Shown: positions 29,021-39,035, numbered from the stretch's first letter. The stretch is DNA of 64,000 nt from Thermoplasmatota archaeon (GCA_018334835.1 JAGXLF010000002.1:19585-83584); one strand, 5' to 3'. The notes: a model not told the origin generated them from the sequence alone. Program-made: numbers and translations.

Positions 29021-29068
29021 GTAAAGAAAACCATTCTCTTTTTATATTGCAAAGATGTTTTCAATATC

Positions 29069-30394
29069 ATGACTCTTAAAGAGATGAGGGAACTAGCCGA
29101 AGAGATGATAATTGAAGGAATTCGGTCCGCAGATCCCGAGCATCTGGTCAAAAACAATATAGATATCGACGGTCAAAAGATAAAGATATGTGGGGAGACT
29201 TTCTACCGCAACGATTATGAGGAGATCGTTTTACTAGGCGTCGGAAAGGCGTCGTTACCAATGGCAAAAGGTTGTAAAAAACTAGATCCCGACGATGGGA
29301 TAGTTATAACTAAATCTTGTAGAGATATTGAGAAAGATACATATCCTGTTAAAGTGAAAGAAGCTCATCATCCTTATCCAGAGCACGCAAATATAGAGGC
29401 GACGAATGAATTATTATCTAAAGTTGAAGGAAAAGAGAACGCTCTTTTTATATTTCTTGTTTCTGGTGGTGGTTCTGCATTATTTACATCTCCTTCGAAA
29501 GACATTACGCTTTCCGAAATAAAAGATTTGAACAGACTCCTTATCAAGTCCGGGGCGGATATCCATGAGATCAACGTCGTCAGAAAACACGTATCTAGGG
29601 TCAAAGGTGGGAGGTTCGGGAATTTCTGCTCTCAAAGGGGAGATATAGTTTCGCTGATAATTTCAGATGTGGTCGGAGACGATCTGAGTGTAGTGGCTTC
29701 AGGGCCGACCTATCCAGACGATTCCACATATAAAGATGCTGAAGAGATCCTAAAAGAATTCGATCTTTGGAAAAAAGTCTCACATAGTATAAGAGAACAC
29801 ATAAAAAAGGGAATAGAAGGAGAAGTGGAAGAGACTCCGACAGAATTAGATGTACACAATTTCCTGGTAGGTAACAACATGGTAGCTCTCCAAGGGGCTA
29901 AAAAAATAGTAGAAGAAAAGAACATCAATAATATAATACTGACCTCCCAGAACCAAGGGGGAGCAAAAGTTGTAGCCAAACCGTTGATGGGCATCGCGAA
30001 GGAGATACAAGACACTAGTAATCCGATCGGTCCACCAGCTGTATTAATACTCGGTGGGGAAACCACCGTAAGACTCGAATCTACAAATGAAGAAACTGGC
30101 AAAGGAGGTCCTAATCGAGAGTTGGTTCTAAGTTCGGCGATCGAGATTCAAGGAAGGAAGAATATTGTCATAGCTAGTGTCGACTCCGATGGTACCGACG
30201 GGCTAGGCAAGGCTGGTGCCATAGCAGATACGTCTACAGTAGAAAGATGCGAATTTGATCCAAAAGACAATCTAGAAAGACACGATACACAACCTTACTT
30301 CGAATCCATCGGTGATTCTATCGAATTCGACAGTAGAACGAATGTGAACGATATAACTGTAATAATAGTAGAGGAAAAGGATGAGAAAAAGTAA
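29069..30394 (+). CDS. Glycerate 2-kinase (MOFRL family)
   Basis: 'GVGKAS', 'SGGGSAL', 'SDVVGDDLSVVASGPT', 'GGETTV', 'RTNVND'. Confidence 0.9.
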   Translation: MTLKEMRELAEEMIIEGIRSADPEHLVKNNIDIDGQKIKICGETFYRNDYEEIVLLGVGKASLPMAKGCKKLDPDDGIVITKSCRDIEKDTYPVKVKEAHHPYPEHANIEATNELLSKVEGKENALFIFLVSGGGSALFTSPSKDITLSEIKDLNRLLIKSGADIHEINVVRKHVSRVKGGRFGNFCSQRGDIVSLIISDVVGDDLSVVASGPTYPDDSTYKDAEEILKEFDLWKKVSHSIREHIKKGIEGEVEETPTELDVHNFLVGNNMVALQGAKKIVEEKNINNIILTSQNQGGAKVVAKPLMGIAKEIQDTSNPIGPPAVLILGGETTVRLESTNEETGKGGPNRELVLSSAIEIQGRKNIVIASVDSDGTDGLGKAGAIADTSTVERCEFDPKDNLERHDTQPYFESIGDSIEFDSRTNVNDITVIIVEEKDEKK

Positions 30395-30402
30395 AAAAGT
30401 TT

Positions 30403-31014
30403 TCACTTCGACTCTATCAATTCTCGAGTCTTATCAAAACCTTTCTCGAAAGCTGCTAGATTCATCTCCACAAATCTCTCAGGAACTTTGTCCTCTACAG
30501 CCTTCATCATATCATCTTTGTTTATTGGTAGAACTTCCGTAGCGCTCAAAGCTCCCAGCATCACTATGTTTTGAGTTATCGAAGCTCCAGCTTCTTTAGC
30601 AAGCTCTTCTGCTTTTAGTGTGATCAACCTGTCAGTCGATTTTTCGAGTGAGGGCAATATTTTTTCTTCAACACTGGGATATTCCTGAGTACCAACGCTA
30701 ACCGTGAAAGGAACTATCGGCTGTTCGTTAGTCACTATCCAAGTTTTTTTAGAAGCCTGTTCGATCGCTCTGTATGTCTCTATCGGTTCAAAACCAAGGA
30801 TCACATCAGCATCTCCTTTTCCGATTAATGGGCTATAAACTTCTTCTCCTATCTTTACTGTTGTGACAACCACTCCGCCTCTTTGAGCCATACCGTGAAC
30901 TTCGCTCATATAAACGTCCAAGTCCCTCTCAAGTGCCGCAGCTCCAAGGACTTGCGAGGACGTCAATATCCCTTGCCCGCCGACGCCGACTATCTCTAGA
31001 TTTACACGTTTCAT
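30403..31014 (-). CDS. iorB: Indolepyruvate:ferredoxin oxidoreductase beta subunit
   Basis: 'GVGGQG', 'SEVHGMAQRGG'; start taken at MKRVNL, overlapping the iorA stop. Confidence 0.92.
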   Translation of the reverse strand: MKRVNLEIVGVGGQGILTSSQVLGAAALERDLDVYMSEVHGMAQRGGVVVTTVKIGEEVYSPLIGKGDADVILGFEPIETYRAIEQASKKTWIVTNEQPIVPFTVSVGTQEYPSVEEKILPSLEKSTDRLITLKAEELAKEAGASITQNIVMLGALSATEVLPINKDDMMKAVEDKVPERFVEMNLAAFEKGFDKTRELIESK

Positions 31015-32852
31015 TCTTCCCCCTCCTGCTTGATAGCGTCGAAGGGACAGATCTGAGCGCACTGACCACAGCCTACACACTGCGTTTCGTCTATAATCAC
31101 CTTCTCGCCCTCTCTCACTAGAGCTATACAGCCGAATTTGTTAGTACAAACATGACACTGCCTGCATTCTTCTTGGTCCACCTGATAGGGATCCCAATTT
31201 ACCTCCCCCTGCTCTATCAATGCGCAGGGATGCTTGGGTACCACAACAGATATACCATCATGTTCGATAGCTCTCTCGAAGACTTCTGTCGTTTCTTCGA
31301 TATCATAGGGATCTACAGTTTCCACGAACTCTACTCCCGCACCTTCGGCCAATTCTTCTATTGAGAGCATAGGTGCTTGATCACCCATGCCTGTCCTTCC
31401 TGTTCCTGGATGAGGTTGATGTCCTGTCATAGCTGTCGTTCTGTTATCCATTATCACGTAAACGAAATCGTGATCGTTGTATACGCCGCTCACGAGCGGA
31501 GCCAACCCAGAATGGAAGAAAGTTGAATCTCCTAGGAAAGCGAAGACTTGCTGATCAGTGTTTTTCGAAAAACCTCCTGCGGCTCCAACACTTGAACCCA
31601 TGCACAGTAAGAAATCAGCAGTGTTTAAAGGGTCTTGCACACCAAGAGTATAACATCCTATATCGCTAGAAAATACAGCTTCTTTATCACCTAAAGCCTG
31701 TTTCACCGAATAATACGTTCCTCTGTGGGGACAGCCTGGGCAGAGTGATGGTGGTCTAGACGGCAGATCGTATTGTTCAGGTCTCAGTGTCTCTGTATCA
31801 TCTTCAAAATCTATCAGCTCGGCTAAAGCCTCTTTTATCCTGTCAGGATTGTATTCATAAAGTCTCGAAAGATGACCGCTTTTTTTCCCATAAATCTCAA
31901 GATCTGGATTGACTTCTTTAGCTAATGCCTTCACCTTTTCTTCGAGGAACGGTTCGAGTTCTTCGACGACTAGCACTCTTTCGGCTCCTTCGATATACTC
32001 TTTAGTTTTTTCCAAAGGGAGAGGATTGGTCATCCCTAGTTTTAGAATAGAAACAGGAAGATCGTACTCCTCTTTTGCCTCTCTGATATAATTGAATCCT
32101 GCACCGGAAGATATCACATGTAGCTCAGGGTCGTTCTCATCAATAACCTCTGTGAAACGAGATTCCTCCGATATTGGACCCGCTTTTTCCATTTGCTCGA
32201 GCAGACGAGGATGATTTTTCCTCGCATTTTGAGGGACGCTCACAAATCTTCCAGGATCTTTGTCAAAGTGTCCTTCATTATCAGGCTCATTGAGATCATC
32301 GAAAGTGACCACTCCTCTTGCATGATTTACCCGGGTGGTGGTTCTCACAAGAACGGGGAGTTCTAGTTCTTCTGAAATATCGAAGGCCTCCTTTGTCATC
32401 TCTTTCGCTTCGTGAGGAGTGATAGGCTCAAGCATCGGTATATTACCTAGCAAAGAATAATATCGGTTGTCCTGTTCATTCTGGCTGGAATGCGTAGAAG
32501 GATCTCCAGCCGCAACAATTACCATACCTGCTCTCGTTCCGGCATACATCAATGTCATGAGAGCGTCGCTAGCCACGTTAACTCCAACATGTTTCATCCA
32601 AACCATCGATCTTACTCCGGATACTGCTGCTGCAGCGGCTGTCTCCATCGCGACCTTTTCGTTGGCTGAATACTCGAAGTACATCCCGTATTCCTTCGCT
32701 ATCTTTTCAAATGTATTACCAATCTCTGAAGAAGGAGTTCCAGGATAGGTAGAACCGTGGCCGATGCCAGCTTCTAGAGCACCTCTAACTATTGCTTCAT
32801 TCCCTAACAGTAATACTTCTCTTCCAGGGTCATCCTCCAACAACTCTTTCAT
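31011..32852 (-). CDS. iorA: Indolepyruvate:ferredoxin oxidoreductase alpha subunit
   Basis: 'LLGNEAIVRGA', 'YPGTPSSEI', 'CPGCPHR', 'GDSTFFHSG', C-terminal 4Fe-4S motifs. Confidence 0.93.
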   Translation of the reverse strand: MKELLEDDPGREVLLLGNEAIVRGALEAGIGHGSTYPGTPSSEIGNTFEKIAKEYGMYFEYSANEKVAMETAAAAAVSGVRSMVWMKHVGVNVASDALMTLMYAGTRAGMVIVAAGDPSTHSSQNEQDNRYYSLLGNIPMLEPITPHEAKEMTKEAFDISEELELPVLVRTTTRVNHARGVVTFDDLNEPDNEGHFDKDPGRFVSVPQNARKNHPRLLEQMEKAGPISEESRFTEVIDENDPELHVISSGAGFNYIREAKEEYDLPVSILKLGMTNPLPLEKTKEYIEGAERVLVVEELEPFLEEKVKALAKEVNPDLEIYGKKSGHLSRLYEYNPDRIKEALAELIDFEDDTETLRPEQYDLPSRPPSLCPGCPHRGTYYSVKQALGDKEAVFSSDIGCYTLGVQDPLNTADFLLCMGSSVGAAGGFSKNTDQQVFAFLGDSTFFHSGLAPLVSGVYNDHDFVYVIMDNRTTAMTGHQPHPGTGRTGMGDQAPMLSIEELAEGAGVEFVETVDPYDIEETTEVFERAIEHDGISVVVPKHPCALIEQGEVNWDPYQVDQEECRQCHVCTNKFGCIALVREGEKVIIDETQCVGCGQCAQICPFDAIKQEGEE

Positions 32853-32862
32853 CTGGGCCACC

Positions 32863-33774
32863 TTATTCCTCTTTGTACAGTTCTTCTTGTGTGAATTTCT
32901 CTTTCTTAAGAAGCTTATCCCAATATCTATCGACATTCTTCTGAATCTTTTCAACTTCCTCTTCAGGTAGATGTCTGAACCTACCCTGTGTTCTCAGATA
33001 ATCTTTCACAGGTATCTCTTCTTTAGGTTTCTTGTAAACATTGTAAACTCCATTCTCTATTTCGTAGAGTGGGAAAACCTTTGACTTGAATGCGAGTTCC
33101 CCGATCTCTATAGTTTTACTAGGTTTAGACCTCCAACCTGTGGGACATGGAGCATAGATATGGATAAATTTAGGCCCATTGATTTCTGCAGCCTTTTTGA
33201 ACTTTTCTATGAACGACTGGGGATAGGCGATGTTAACCGTAGCTGCATAAGGGATGTTATGGCTTTCCATGATATCCATCATATCCTTTTTCGGCTGTTT
33301 TTTCCAGGCTTTTTCGCTTCCAACAGGAGTAGTTGTGGTCCATGCACCTTGTGGCGTCGAACCGCTTCTCTGGATACCAGTGTTCATGTATGCTTCATTA
33401 TCATACATCACTTGAATTGTATCTGTGCCTCTTTCTACAGCACCGGAAAGGGCCTGTATCCCGATATCTGCCGTACCGCCGTCACCAGCAAAACCAACCA
33501 CGTTGATATCTGCGTCTATATCCTTCGCATCGAGAGCTGCTCTTATACCGGATGAAGAAGCACCTGTCGTTTCAAAAGCGGTGTAAAGAAGTGGTACCTC
33601 AAGGTTCTTAGATGGATAAACACCAGGTATTACAGCCCAGCAGCAGGCTGGTATATTGACCGTCGTATCTTTACCTAGAGCCTTTAGCATATATCTCATC
33701 GCATGGGCTGCCCCACAACCAGGGCAGGCGTTATGACCAGAATTCATCAACTCTTCTTCAGGTATTTTTGCCAT
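32863..33774 (-). CDS. porB: Pyruvate/2-ketoisovalerate:ferredoxin oxidoreductase beta subunit
   Basis: 'ACPGCG', TPP motif 'GDGGTADIG...YDNEAYMNTGIQRS', 'PCPTGW'. Confidence 0.9.
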   Translation of the reverse strand: MAKIPEEELMNSGHNACPGCGAAHAMRYMLKALGKDTTVNIPACCWAVIPGVYPSKNLEVPLLYTAFETTGASSSGIRAALDAKDIDADINVVGFAGDGGTADIGIQALSGAVERGTDTIQVMYDNEAYMNTGIQRSGSTPQGAWTTTTPVGSEKAWKKQPKKDMMDIMESHNIPYAATVNIAYPQSFIEKFKKAAEINGPKFIHIYAPCPTGWRSKPSKTIEIGELAFKSKVFPLYEIENGVYNVYKKPKEEIPVKDYLRTQGRFRHLPEEEVEKIQKNVDRYWDKLLKKEKFTQEELYKEE

Positions 33775-33776
33775 GA

Positions 33777-34970
33777 TTATCTCCTCCATTTTTTCCTATC
33801 GCTTCTTAAGTCGACCCATTCGACCTCTTGATCTAAACCTTTATCTTGAAGTTCTATAGTGTCCAAAAATATCTTCTCTAGTATTTCTGGAGTCAGATCT
33901 CTACCTCCAAGTCCAACGATGTAATTCTTGACTACCGGAGAATTGTGCCCGTAAAGTGCTTCCTTTATCTCTCTAGCTGCATCTCCTGCAGCACCGAACG
34001 AGTAGCTCCTGTCCAATATTCCAACTACGTTCACATTTTTAGTCAATTCTCGGATCTCTTCTTTCGGGAACGGACGTAAAGTCCTCAATCTTGCCAATCC
34101 AATGTTATGTCCTTCATCTCTCAATTCGTCGATTACATCTTTTGAAGTACCGGATATGGAACCCATCGTTATCACTAGAACATCCACACCGTCGGTCTTG
34201 TACTCTTCGATGAGTCCACCAGGATCTCTACCAAATGTTTCTTCAAACTCTTTGTTCACTTCTTTTATTTTGTCCTTAGCTCCTTCCATGGCTTCCTCCA
34301 ACTTCTTCGCGAAGTCCATATACCAGTCTGGCATCACCAATGAGCCGAATCCGGCCGGATTTTCGATATCCAATTTCACGTCGGGGTCATAAGGCGGCAA
34401 GAATTCGTCCACTTTCTCTTGATCGTATATTTCAACAGGTTCTCTAGTATGACTCAGTATGAAAGCGTCTTCAACGATCATCCCAGGAAGCATGATATCC
34501 TCATCTTCGCATATCTTGTAGGCCATCAGAATGCTGTCCAAAACTTCCTGATTATTCTCACAAAAGAACTGTAGCCAACCGGTACCCTTCTGGGCTATGG
34601 TATCTAAATGATCCGCCCAAACGCTCCAAGGTGGTCCCATCGCTCTGTTAACATTGGTCATCACCACTGGTAAACGTGCTCTAGATGCCCACATCAGCAT
34701 CTCGTGCATGAGAGCCAATCCATGGGCTGAAGTCGCAGTGTAAGTTCTAGCACCCGTTGTCGAAGCGGCTATACATCCGGCCATAGCGGAGTGTTCGCTT
34801 TCCACCTTGACATATTCGGTATCCATCTTTCCGTCAGAGACGAATTCAGCAATCTTTTCAACGACAGATGTCTGGGGTGTTATTGGATAAGCCGAAACGA
34901 CTTCCGCCCTAGCCAATCTAGCTCCATATGCAGATGAATAATTTCCAGTAACTATCTTATATTCAGACAT
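33777..34970 (-). CDS. porA: Pyruvate/2-ketoisovalerate:ferredoxin oxidoreductase alpha subunit
   Basis: 'AYPITPQT', 'ESEHSAM', 'GLGGRD'. Confidence 0.9.
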   Translation of the reverse strand: MSEYKIVTGNYSSAYGARLARAEVVSAYPITPQTSVVEKIAEFVSDGKMDTEYVKVESEHSAMAGCIAASTTGARTYTATSAHGLALMHEMLMWASRARLPVVMTNVNRAMGPPWSVWADHLDTIAQKGTGWLQFFCENNQEVLDSILMAYKICEDEDIMLPGMIVEDAFILSHTREPVEIYDQEKVDEFLPPYDPDVKLDIENPAGFGSLVMPDWYMDFAKKLEEAMEGAKDKIKEVNKEFEETFGRDPGGLIEEYKTDGVDVLVITMGSISGTSKDVIDELRDEGHNIGLARLRTLRPFPKEEIRELTKNVNVVGILDRSYSFGAAGDAAREIKEALYGHNSPVVKNYIVGLGGRDLTPEILEKIFLDTIELQDKGLDQEVEWVDLRSDRKKWRR

Positions 34971-35877
34971 ACTTTTCCTCCTTTTCCATATCAATAGCAT
35001 CTACAGGACATATCTCAGCACATATCCCACAGCCCTTACAGAAGTCAAAATCAACGACCGCTCCTTCTTCTTCAACGAATATAGCTACATCAGGACAATA
35101 CTTCCAACATTCACCGCAGCTTATACAGGTGTCGAGGTCAACGATAGGTCTTACAGTTCTCCAGCTTCCTGTCTTGTTGAGATACTCCGAGTTGCAATCG
35201 GCGATGGGTGTCCTAGGTAGATCTGTATGGTCCTCTGGATCCTCGCACAATAAGTCTTCCGATTTCGGTATATCAGTCTGTTCCGACAAAAGAGTTCTCT
35301 CAGGTGATTCCAACTTTTCTCCAGGATATGGGCCTTGTAATTCCTCATATGCCTGTTTAGCAGCTTCCGCATTTGCTTTATTCTTCGCTGGAGCGTGCTC
35401 CAATATAACATCGATCAATGATTCCTCTTCTACCATACCCGTGGCGCTGCTAACGGCGCCCAGTATCGCAGTGTTGACGATGGGAGCGACCTCAGTTCCA
35501 AGTCCATGCTGGACAGCTATATCACTCGCATCGACCGTGTAAACATCCGCGTTTGTATTTACTTTCATTTCACTTGGCTCCTTCCCTGTGTTTATTACCA
35601 TTTGACCGTCATCCTTCAGGCCCTCTGTAACATCTACTGCCTCCATAAGTGCAGTGTCAAGAACGATCACTATATCCGGTGTATGGATCTTTGAATGATC
35701 CCTCACTTTTTTATCATCTATCCTGGTGAAGGCTGTCACGGGAGCCCCCCTTCGCTCGACACCGAACATCGGGAATGCCTGTACATCTTTTCCTTCCTCA
35801 AAGGCGGCCCGGGCTAGCAATTCAGAAGCAACAACTGAGCCCTGTCCTCCTCTTCCATGGAAGCGAACTTCTATCAT
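34963..35877 (-). CDS. Fused 2-oxoacid:ferredoxin oxidoreductase gamma-delta subunits
   Basis: Gamma 'HGRGGQG', 'FGVERRGAP' followed by delta 'TGSWRT.RP' with two CxxCxxCxxxCP motifs. Confidence 0.88.
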   Translation of the reverse strand: MIEVRFHGRGGQGSVVASELLARAAFEEGKDVQAFPMFGVERRGAPVTAFTRIDDKKVRDHSKIHTPDIVIVLDTALMEAVDVTEGLKDDGQMVINTGKEPSEMKVNTNADVYTVDASDIAVQHGLGTEVAPIVNTAILGAVSSATGMVEEESLIDVILEHAPAKNKANAEAAKQAYEELQGPYPGEKLESPERTLLSEQTDIPKSEDLLCEDPEDHTDLPRTPIADCNSEYLNKTGSWRTVRPIVDLDTCISCGECWKYCPDVAIFVEEEGAVVDFDFCKGCGICAEICPVDAIDMEKEEKYV

Positions 35878-36042
35878 TTCAATAGCACCATGGGACTATT
35901 AAAATCTACTATAAAGACCTTTTTGTGAGCTGGAGAAATGGATTTAATATGAAAAGGAGGAAGAAAGGGATAAATAAAAATATAACATCTCACTCTCAAT
36001 GGTCCAAGTCGTCCAAGTTCGGCTTTGAATGGTGTTCCTATC

Positions 36043-36135
36043 GGGCCGGTGGTCTAGGGGTCATGACGTCGCCCTTACAACTGTCAAAAGCAGTACGAAA
36101 GGCGAAGTTCGGCGGTTCAAATCCGCCTCGGCCCA
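36043..36135 (+). tRNA. tRNA-Val(TAC) with a 20-nt intron at 37/38 (36080-36099)
   Basis: Acceptor GGGCCGG/TCGGCCC-A, D arm GTCTAGGGGTCATGAC, anticodon stem TCGCC/GGCGA, T arm GGCGG-TTCAAAT-CCGCC; BHB-like motif. Confidence 0.9.
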
Positions 36136-36184
36136 TCTCTATTTCTTAGTGATCTCTCTGATCCAATTTTTAAGTCCCCTTATA

Positions 36185-36781
36185 TCATCTAAATTGTTGG
36201 ATACTAAAGACCTTGAATATTTGGCTATATAAACAATCTTTTTCCGGGAAATCTCTCTCAGGTATCGATTCATCTAGAAAAGGACATAGTTTCTCCCAAC
36301 CTTCTCCATCGGTTATATCAATGATTAAGAGGTCGTCTTCTCTTTTAGAGAAATACGAAAGAACCTCTTGTCTATGTTTTTTGTAGGCCTTCCTAAATTT
36401 TTCTTCATCGTAATCTATAGCACCATAAATCTCTTTGTGAAGACGATTGAACCAGAAGTCACCTTTGAGTATCTGTCCCGGCCAAAAGTGACGGTTGCAG
36501 GAATCCAGCCATTCTTCTAACTCTCTAGTGGTGAATATGAACCTAGAACCCGGGAAGGTCTTATCTAATTCTTTGTAAAATCTAACAACAGGAAGATCAG
36601 AAAGGAAATCATACTTCTCAGCCCCTGCAAAGTCAAATTTCAAACCTTCTTCAGTATATTTTAAGAGTCTTATAGGAAAATGTTTTGTTTTATATCCCAA
36701 TATTTTGAGAGCCTTGGTTAGGCTGGTGGTACCCGTTTTAGATAGACCTATGCAGAAGACTTTATGTTTTTTTTCGATCAT
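36185..36781 (-). CDS. Sulfotransferase-family P-loop protein
   Basis: 'KVFCIGLSKTGTTSLTKAL' PAPS-binding loop, 'FIFTTR..EEWLDS', 'GWEKLCPFL'. Confidence 0.82.
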   Translation of the reverse strand: MIEKKHKVFCIGLSKTGTTSLTKALKILGYKTKHFPIRLLKYTEEGLKFDFAGAEKYDFLSDLPVVRFYKELDKTFPGSRFIFTTRELEEWLDSCNRHFWPGQILKGDFWFNRLHKEIYGAIDYDEEKFRKAYKKHRQEVLSYFSKREDDLLIIDITDGEGWEKLCPFLDESIPERDFPEKDCLYSQIFKVFSIQQFR

Positions 36782-37079
36782 CGTAATTTCCCTTTCATTC
36801 TGCTCTTTTCTCGAGAAGCTTAATGAACCTTTTTCCCTTAAAAATTTACCGCGGATAGATGGAAAAGAGATCATCCTTCCTCTCACAAAACTCCTTTTCT
36901 AGAAGATGGATTATTTTTTCCCACATATTCCGGAAATATCTCATGGACTCAGATAATCATCCATTACCTTTATATATTCAAACCATTTTAAAACCTAATG
37001 TTAAAAAAATAATTCAATCTAAAATCAATAGCTCCGAAAAATCAATCCAACTTATTTTTTATTCTTTGGAGGATAAAAG

Positions 37080-38237
37080 ATGAAAATCGCAATGGTCACT
37101 GATACATGGCTACCTACAAAAGATGGTGTGGTCAATTCTATTATCCAGTTTAGGAAGTGTTTAGAGGAATTAGGTCATCAAGTTTATATATTCGCTCCGG
37201 GCCAAAAAAATAAGGTTTCAGAAGAAGACAATAATGTTTTTCTTTTCAAGTCTAAAATATTCAAACCATATCCAGATTATAGGATGGCTATCTATCCAAC
37301 TGGAAGGACTCAAAAATTACTTTCAGAAAAAAACATAGACGTGATCCATAACCATGGTATGGGATTTATGGGCATAAGAGCTATGATAGCATCAAAGTTT
37401 TTAGAATTACCCTGTGTGTTCAACTTTCATACCTGGGTTACTGATGCGTTACAATATTCTCCACTAAATTTACCAGATAACTTACTGAAACGCTTAACCT
37501 GGATATATTTACGTTACCTATTGAAAAAGAGCCATGCGGTCATCGCTCCGAGTGAGCAGACCATGATGGAATTGAAGGAAAAGTGTCCAAATATGCATCA
37601 TTCAGCCGTTCTCCCCCCCACGATAGACAGAACTCGATACAATAAGGACGTTGATGGACAATCTATTAGAAAGAGATGGGGAGTAGAAGATGAGAGTCTG
37701 CTTCTACACGTTGGCAGGATATCTAAAGAAAAAAATTTAGAGTTGATTATCAATTCCTTACCTTACATAAAAAAGGAAAGACCGGATGTGAGGCTTTTCA
37801 TCGTTGGAGATGGACCGGCAAAACCCTATTTCGAATCACTCGTGAGCAAGAAAGGTTTAGATGATGTGATAACTTTTACCGGTTTTGTTCCTGAAAAAGA
37901 ACTTCCCAAGTACTATGGAGCCGCCGATGCTTTCCTTTTCGCATCTACCTTTGAAACCTTAGGATTGGTGATGTTAGAAGCATTAGCAACAGGAACACCG
38001 GTAGTCGGACTTGACCATGGAGTAATCCCAGAGATAATTAATCACGGGGATAATGGGTTACTCTTCAAGGATAGCCCCAAGGACTGTGCTGAAAAAACTC
38101 TCAAAATCTTGCGTTCGGAGAAGAAGATCAGTGATAATTTCAATGAGAACATTCCCCAAGATAATTTAGAGTGTGGCAAGAAATTGGAAGAAATTTATGA
38201 AACCGCTAGAGAAATAAAAAGGAAAAGGATAAATTGA
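37080..38237 (+). CDS. GT4 (GT-B) glycosyltransferase
   Basis: 'TDTWLPTKDGV', 'VGRISKEKN', 'ETLGLVMLEALATG'. Confidence 0.9.
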   Translation: MKIAMVTDTWLPTKDGVVNSIIQFRKCLEELGHQVYIFAPGQKNKVSEEDNNVFLFKSKIFKPYPDYRMAIYPTGRTQKLLSEKNIDVIHNHGMGFMGIRAMIASKFLELPCVFNFHTWVTDALQYSPLNLPDNLLKRLTWIYLRYLLKKSHAVIAPSEQTMMELKEKCPNMHHSAVLPPTIDRTRYNKDVDGQSIRKRWGVEDESLLLHVGRISKEKNLELIINSLPYIKKERPDVRLFIVGDGPAKPYFESLVSKKGLDDVITFTGFVPEKELPKYYGAADAFLFASTFETLGLVMLEALATGTPVVGLDHGVIPEIINHGDNGLLFKDSPKDCAEKTLKILRSEKKISDNFNENIPQDNLECGKKLEEIYETAREIKRKRIN

Positions 38238-38240
38238 ATC

Positions 38241-39035
38241 CTACAATATAACTTCAGCTATGACTAGGCCTCCACCCATCAGCATAAAAACGAGTCCTAC
38301 AGTTCTTTTCAATTGTTTTTCCGAGGCTAGATTTGCAAATGTTGAAGCAGACCTAGACCCGATCACACCTCCTATACTACCTACGACAATCGCTGTTAAC
38401 ATGATCTCTCCATAGTATATGTGCCCTATAGCTCCTGATAAGGCCGTGAATATCATGATGATCACCGATGTGCCTACTGCTTTATGAATAGGAAAATCTA
38501 AAGCGACTACGAGCGCGATTAAAAACATTAAACCTCCTCCAGCCCCTATTATGCCAGATACAATTCCGATACTAAGTCCGATTAAAATAGATGAAAGCTG
38601 CTTTCTCTTCTGAAGCACTCTTTTTACTGATTTGATTATCTTCATATCCTGAAACTCCTTTCCAGTTTCCGTTTCTGGCTCCACTACGAAAGCTATGCCA
38701 ATACACAAGGTTATAAAACCGCTAGTTCCTCCAAGACTCGTTGAAGGGATCGGTGTCGAGAGCCAACTCCCGAAAAAAGCACCAATGACCGCAGCAATTG
38801 CTATCTGGAGTCCAGCTTTCAGATCGGTATTACCATGTTTACCATAAGTGTAAGCGGCCATCGAAGAGGCAAAGACATCGATAGCCAAAGCTATTCCTAT
38901 GGCCACATATGCCTCGTAATTTAGAAAGATCATCAGAGTAGGTATAACCAACGCAACTGCACTGGCGCCAATCAAACCAGTGATTATCCCAGCACCCCAT
39001 CCAGCCATAAATAATACTATGAGCTCAAATATCAT
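38241..39035 (-). CDS. TauE/SafE (TSUP) family transporter
   Basis: Internally duplicated 8-TM pattern; 'SGIIGAGGG', 'HKAVGTS'. Confidence 0.85.
   Translation of the reverse strand: MIFELIVLFMAGWGAGIITGLIGASAVALVIPTLMIFLNYEAYVAIGIALAIDVFASSMAAYTYGKHGNTDLKAGLQIAIAAVIGAFFGSWLSTPIPSTSLGGTSGFITLCIGIAFVVEPETETGKEFQDMKIIKSVKRVLQKRKQLSSILIGLSIGIVSGIIGAGGGLMFLIALVVALDFPIHKAVGTSVIIMIFTALSGAIGHIYYGEIMLTAIVVGSIGGVIGSRSASTFANLASEKQLKRTVGLVFMLMGGGLVIAEVIL

Noticed and set aside
28954-29157. Possible tnpA upstream of tnpB
   Set aside because: No HUH/Y1 motif; the ORF crosses the IS end and is antisense to glycerate kinase
36002-36018. Tandem GTCCAAGT duplication upstream of tRNA-Val
   Set aside because: Only two 8-nt copies; compatible with chance or a slippage event
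35925-36232. Two short + strand ORFs
   Set aside because: They overlap tRNA-Val and are translation artefacts
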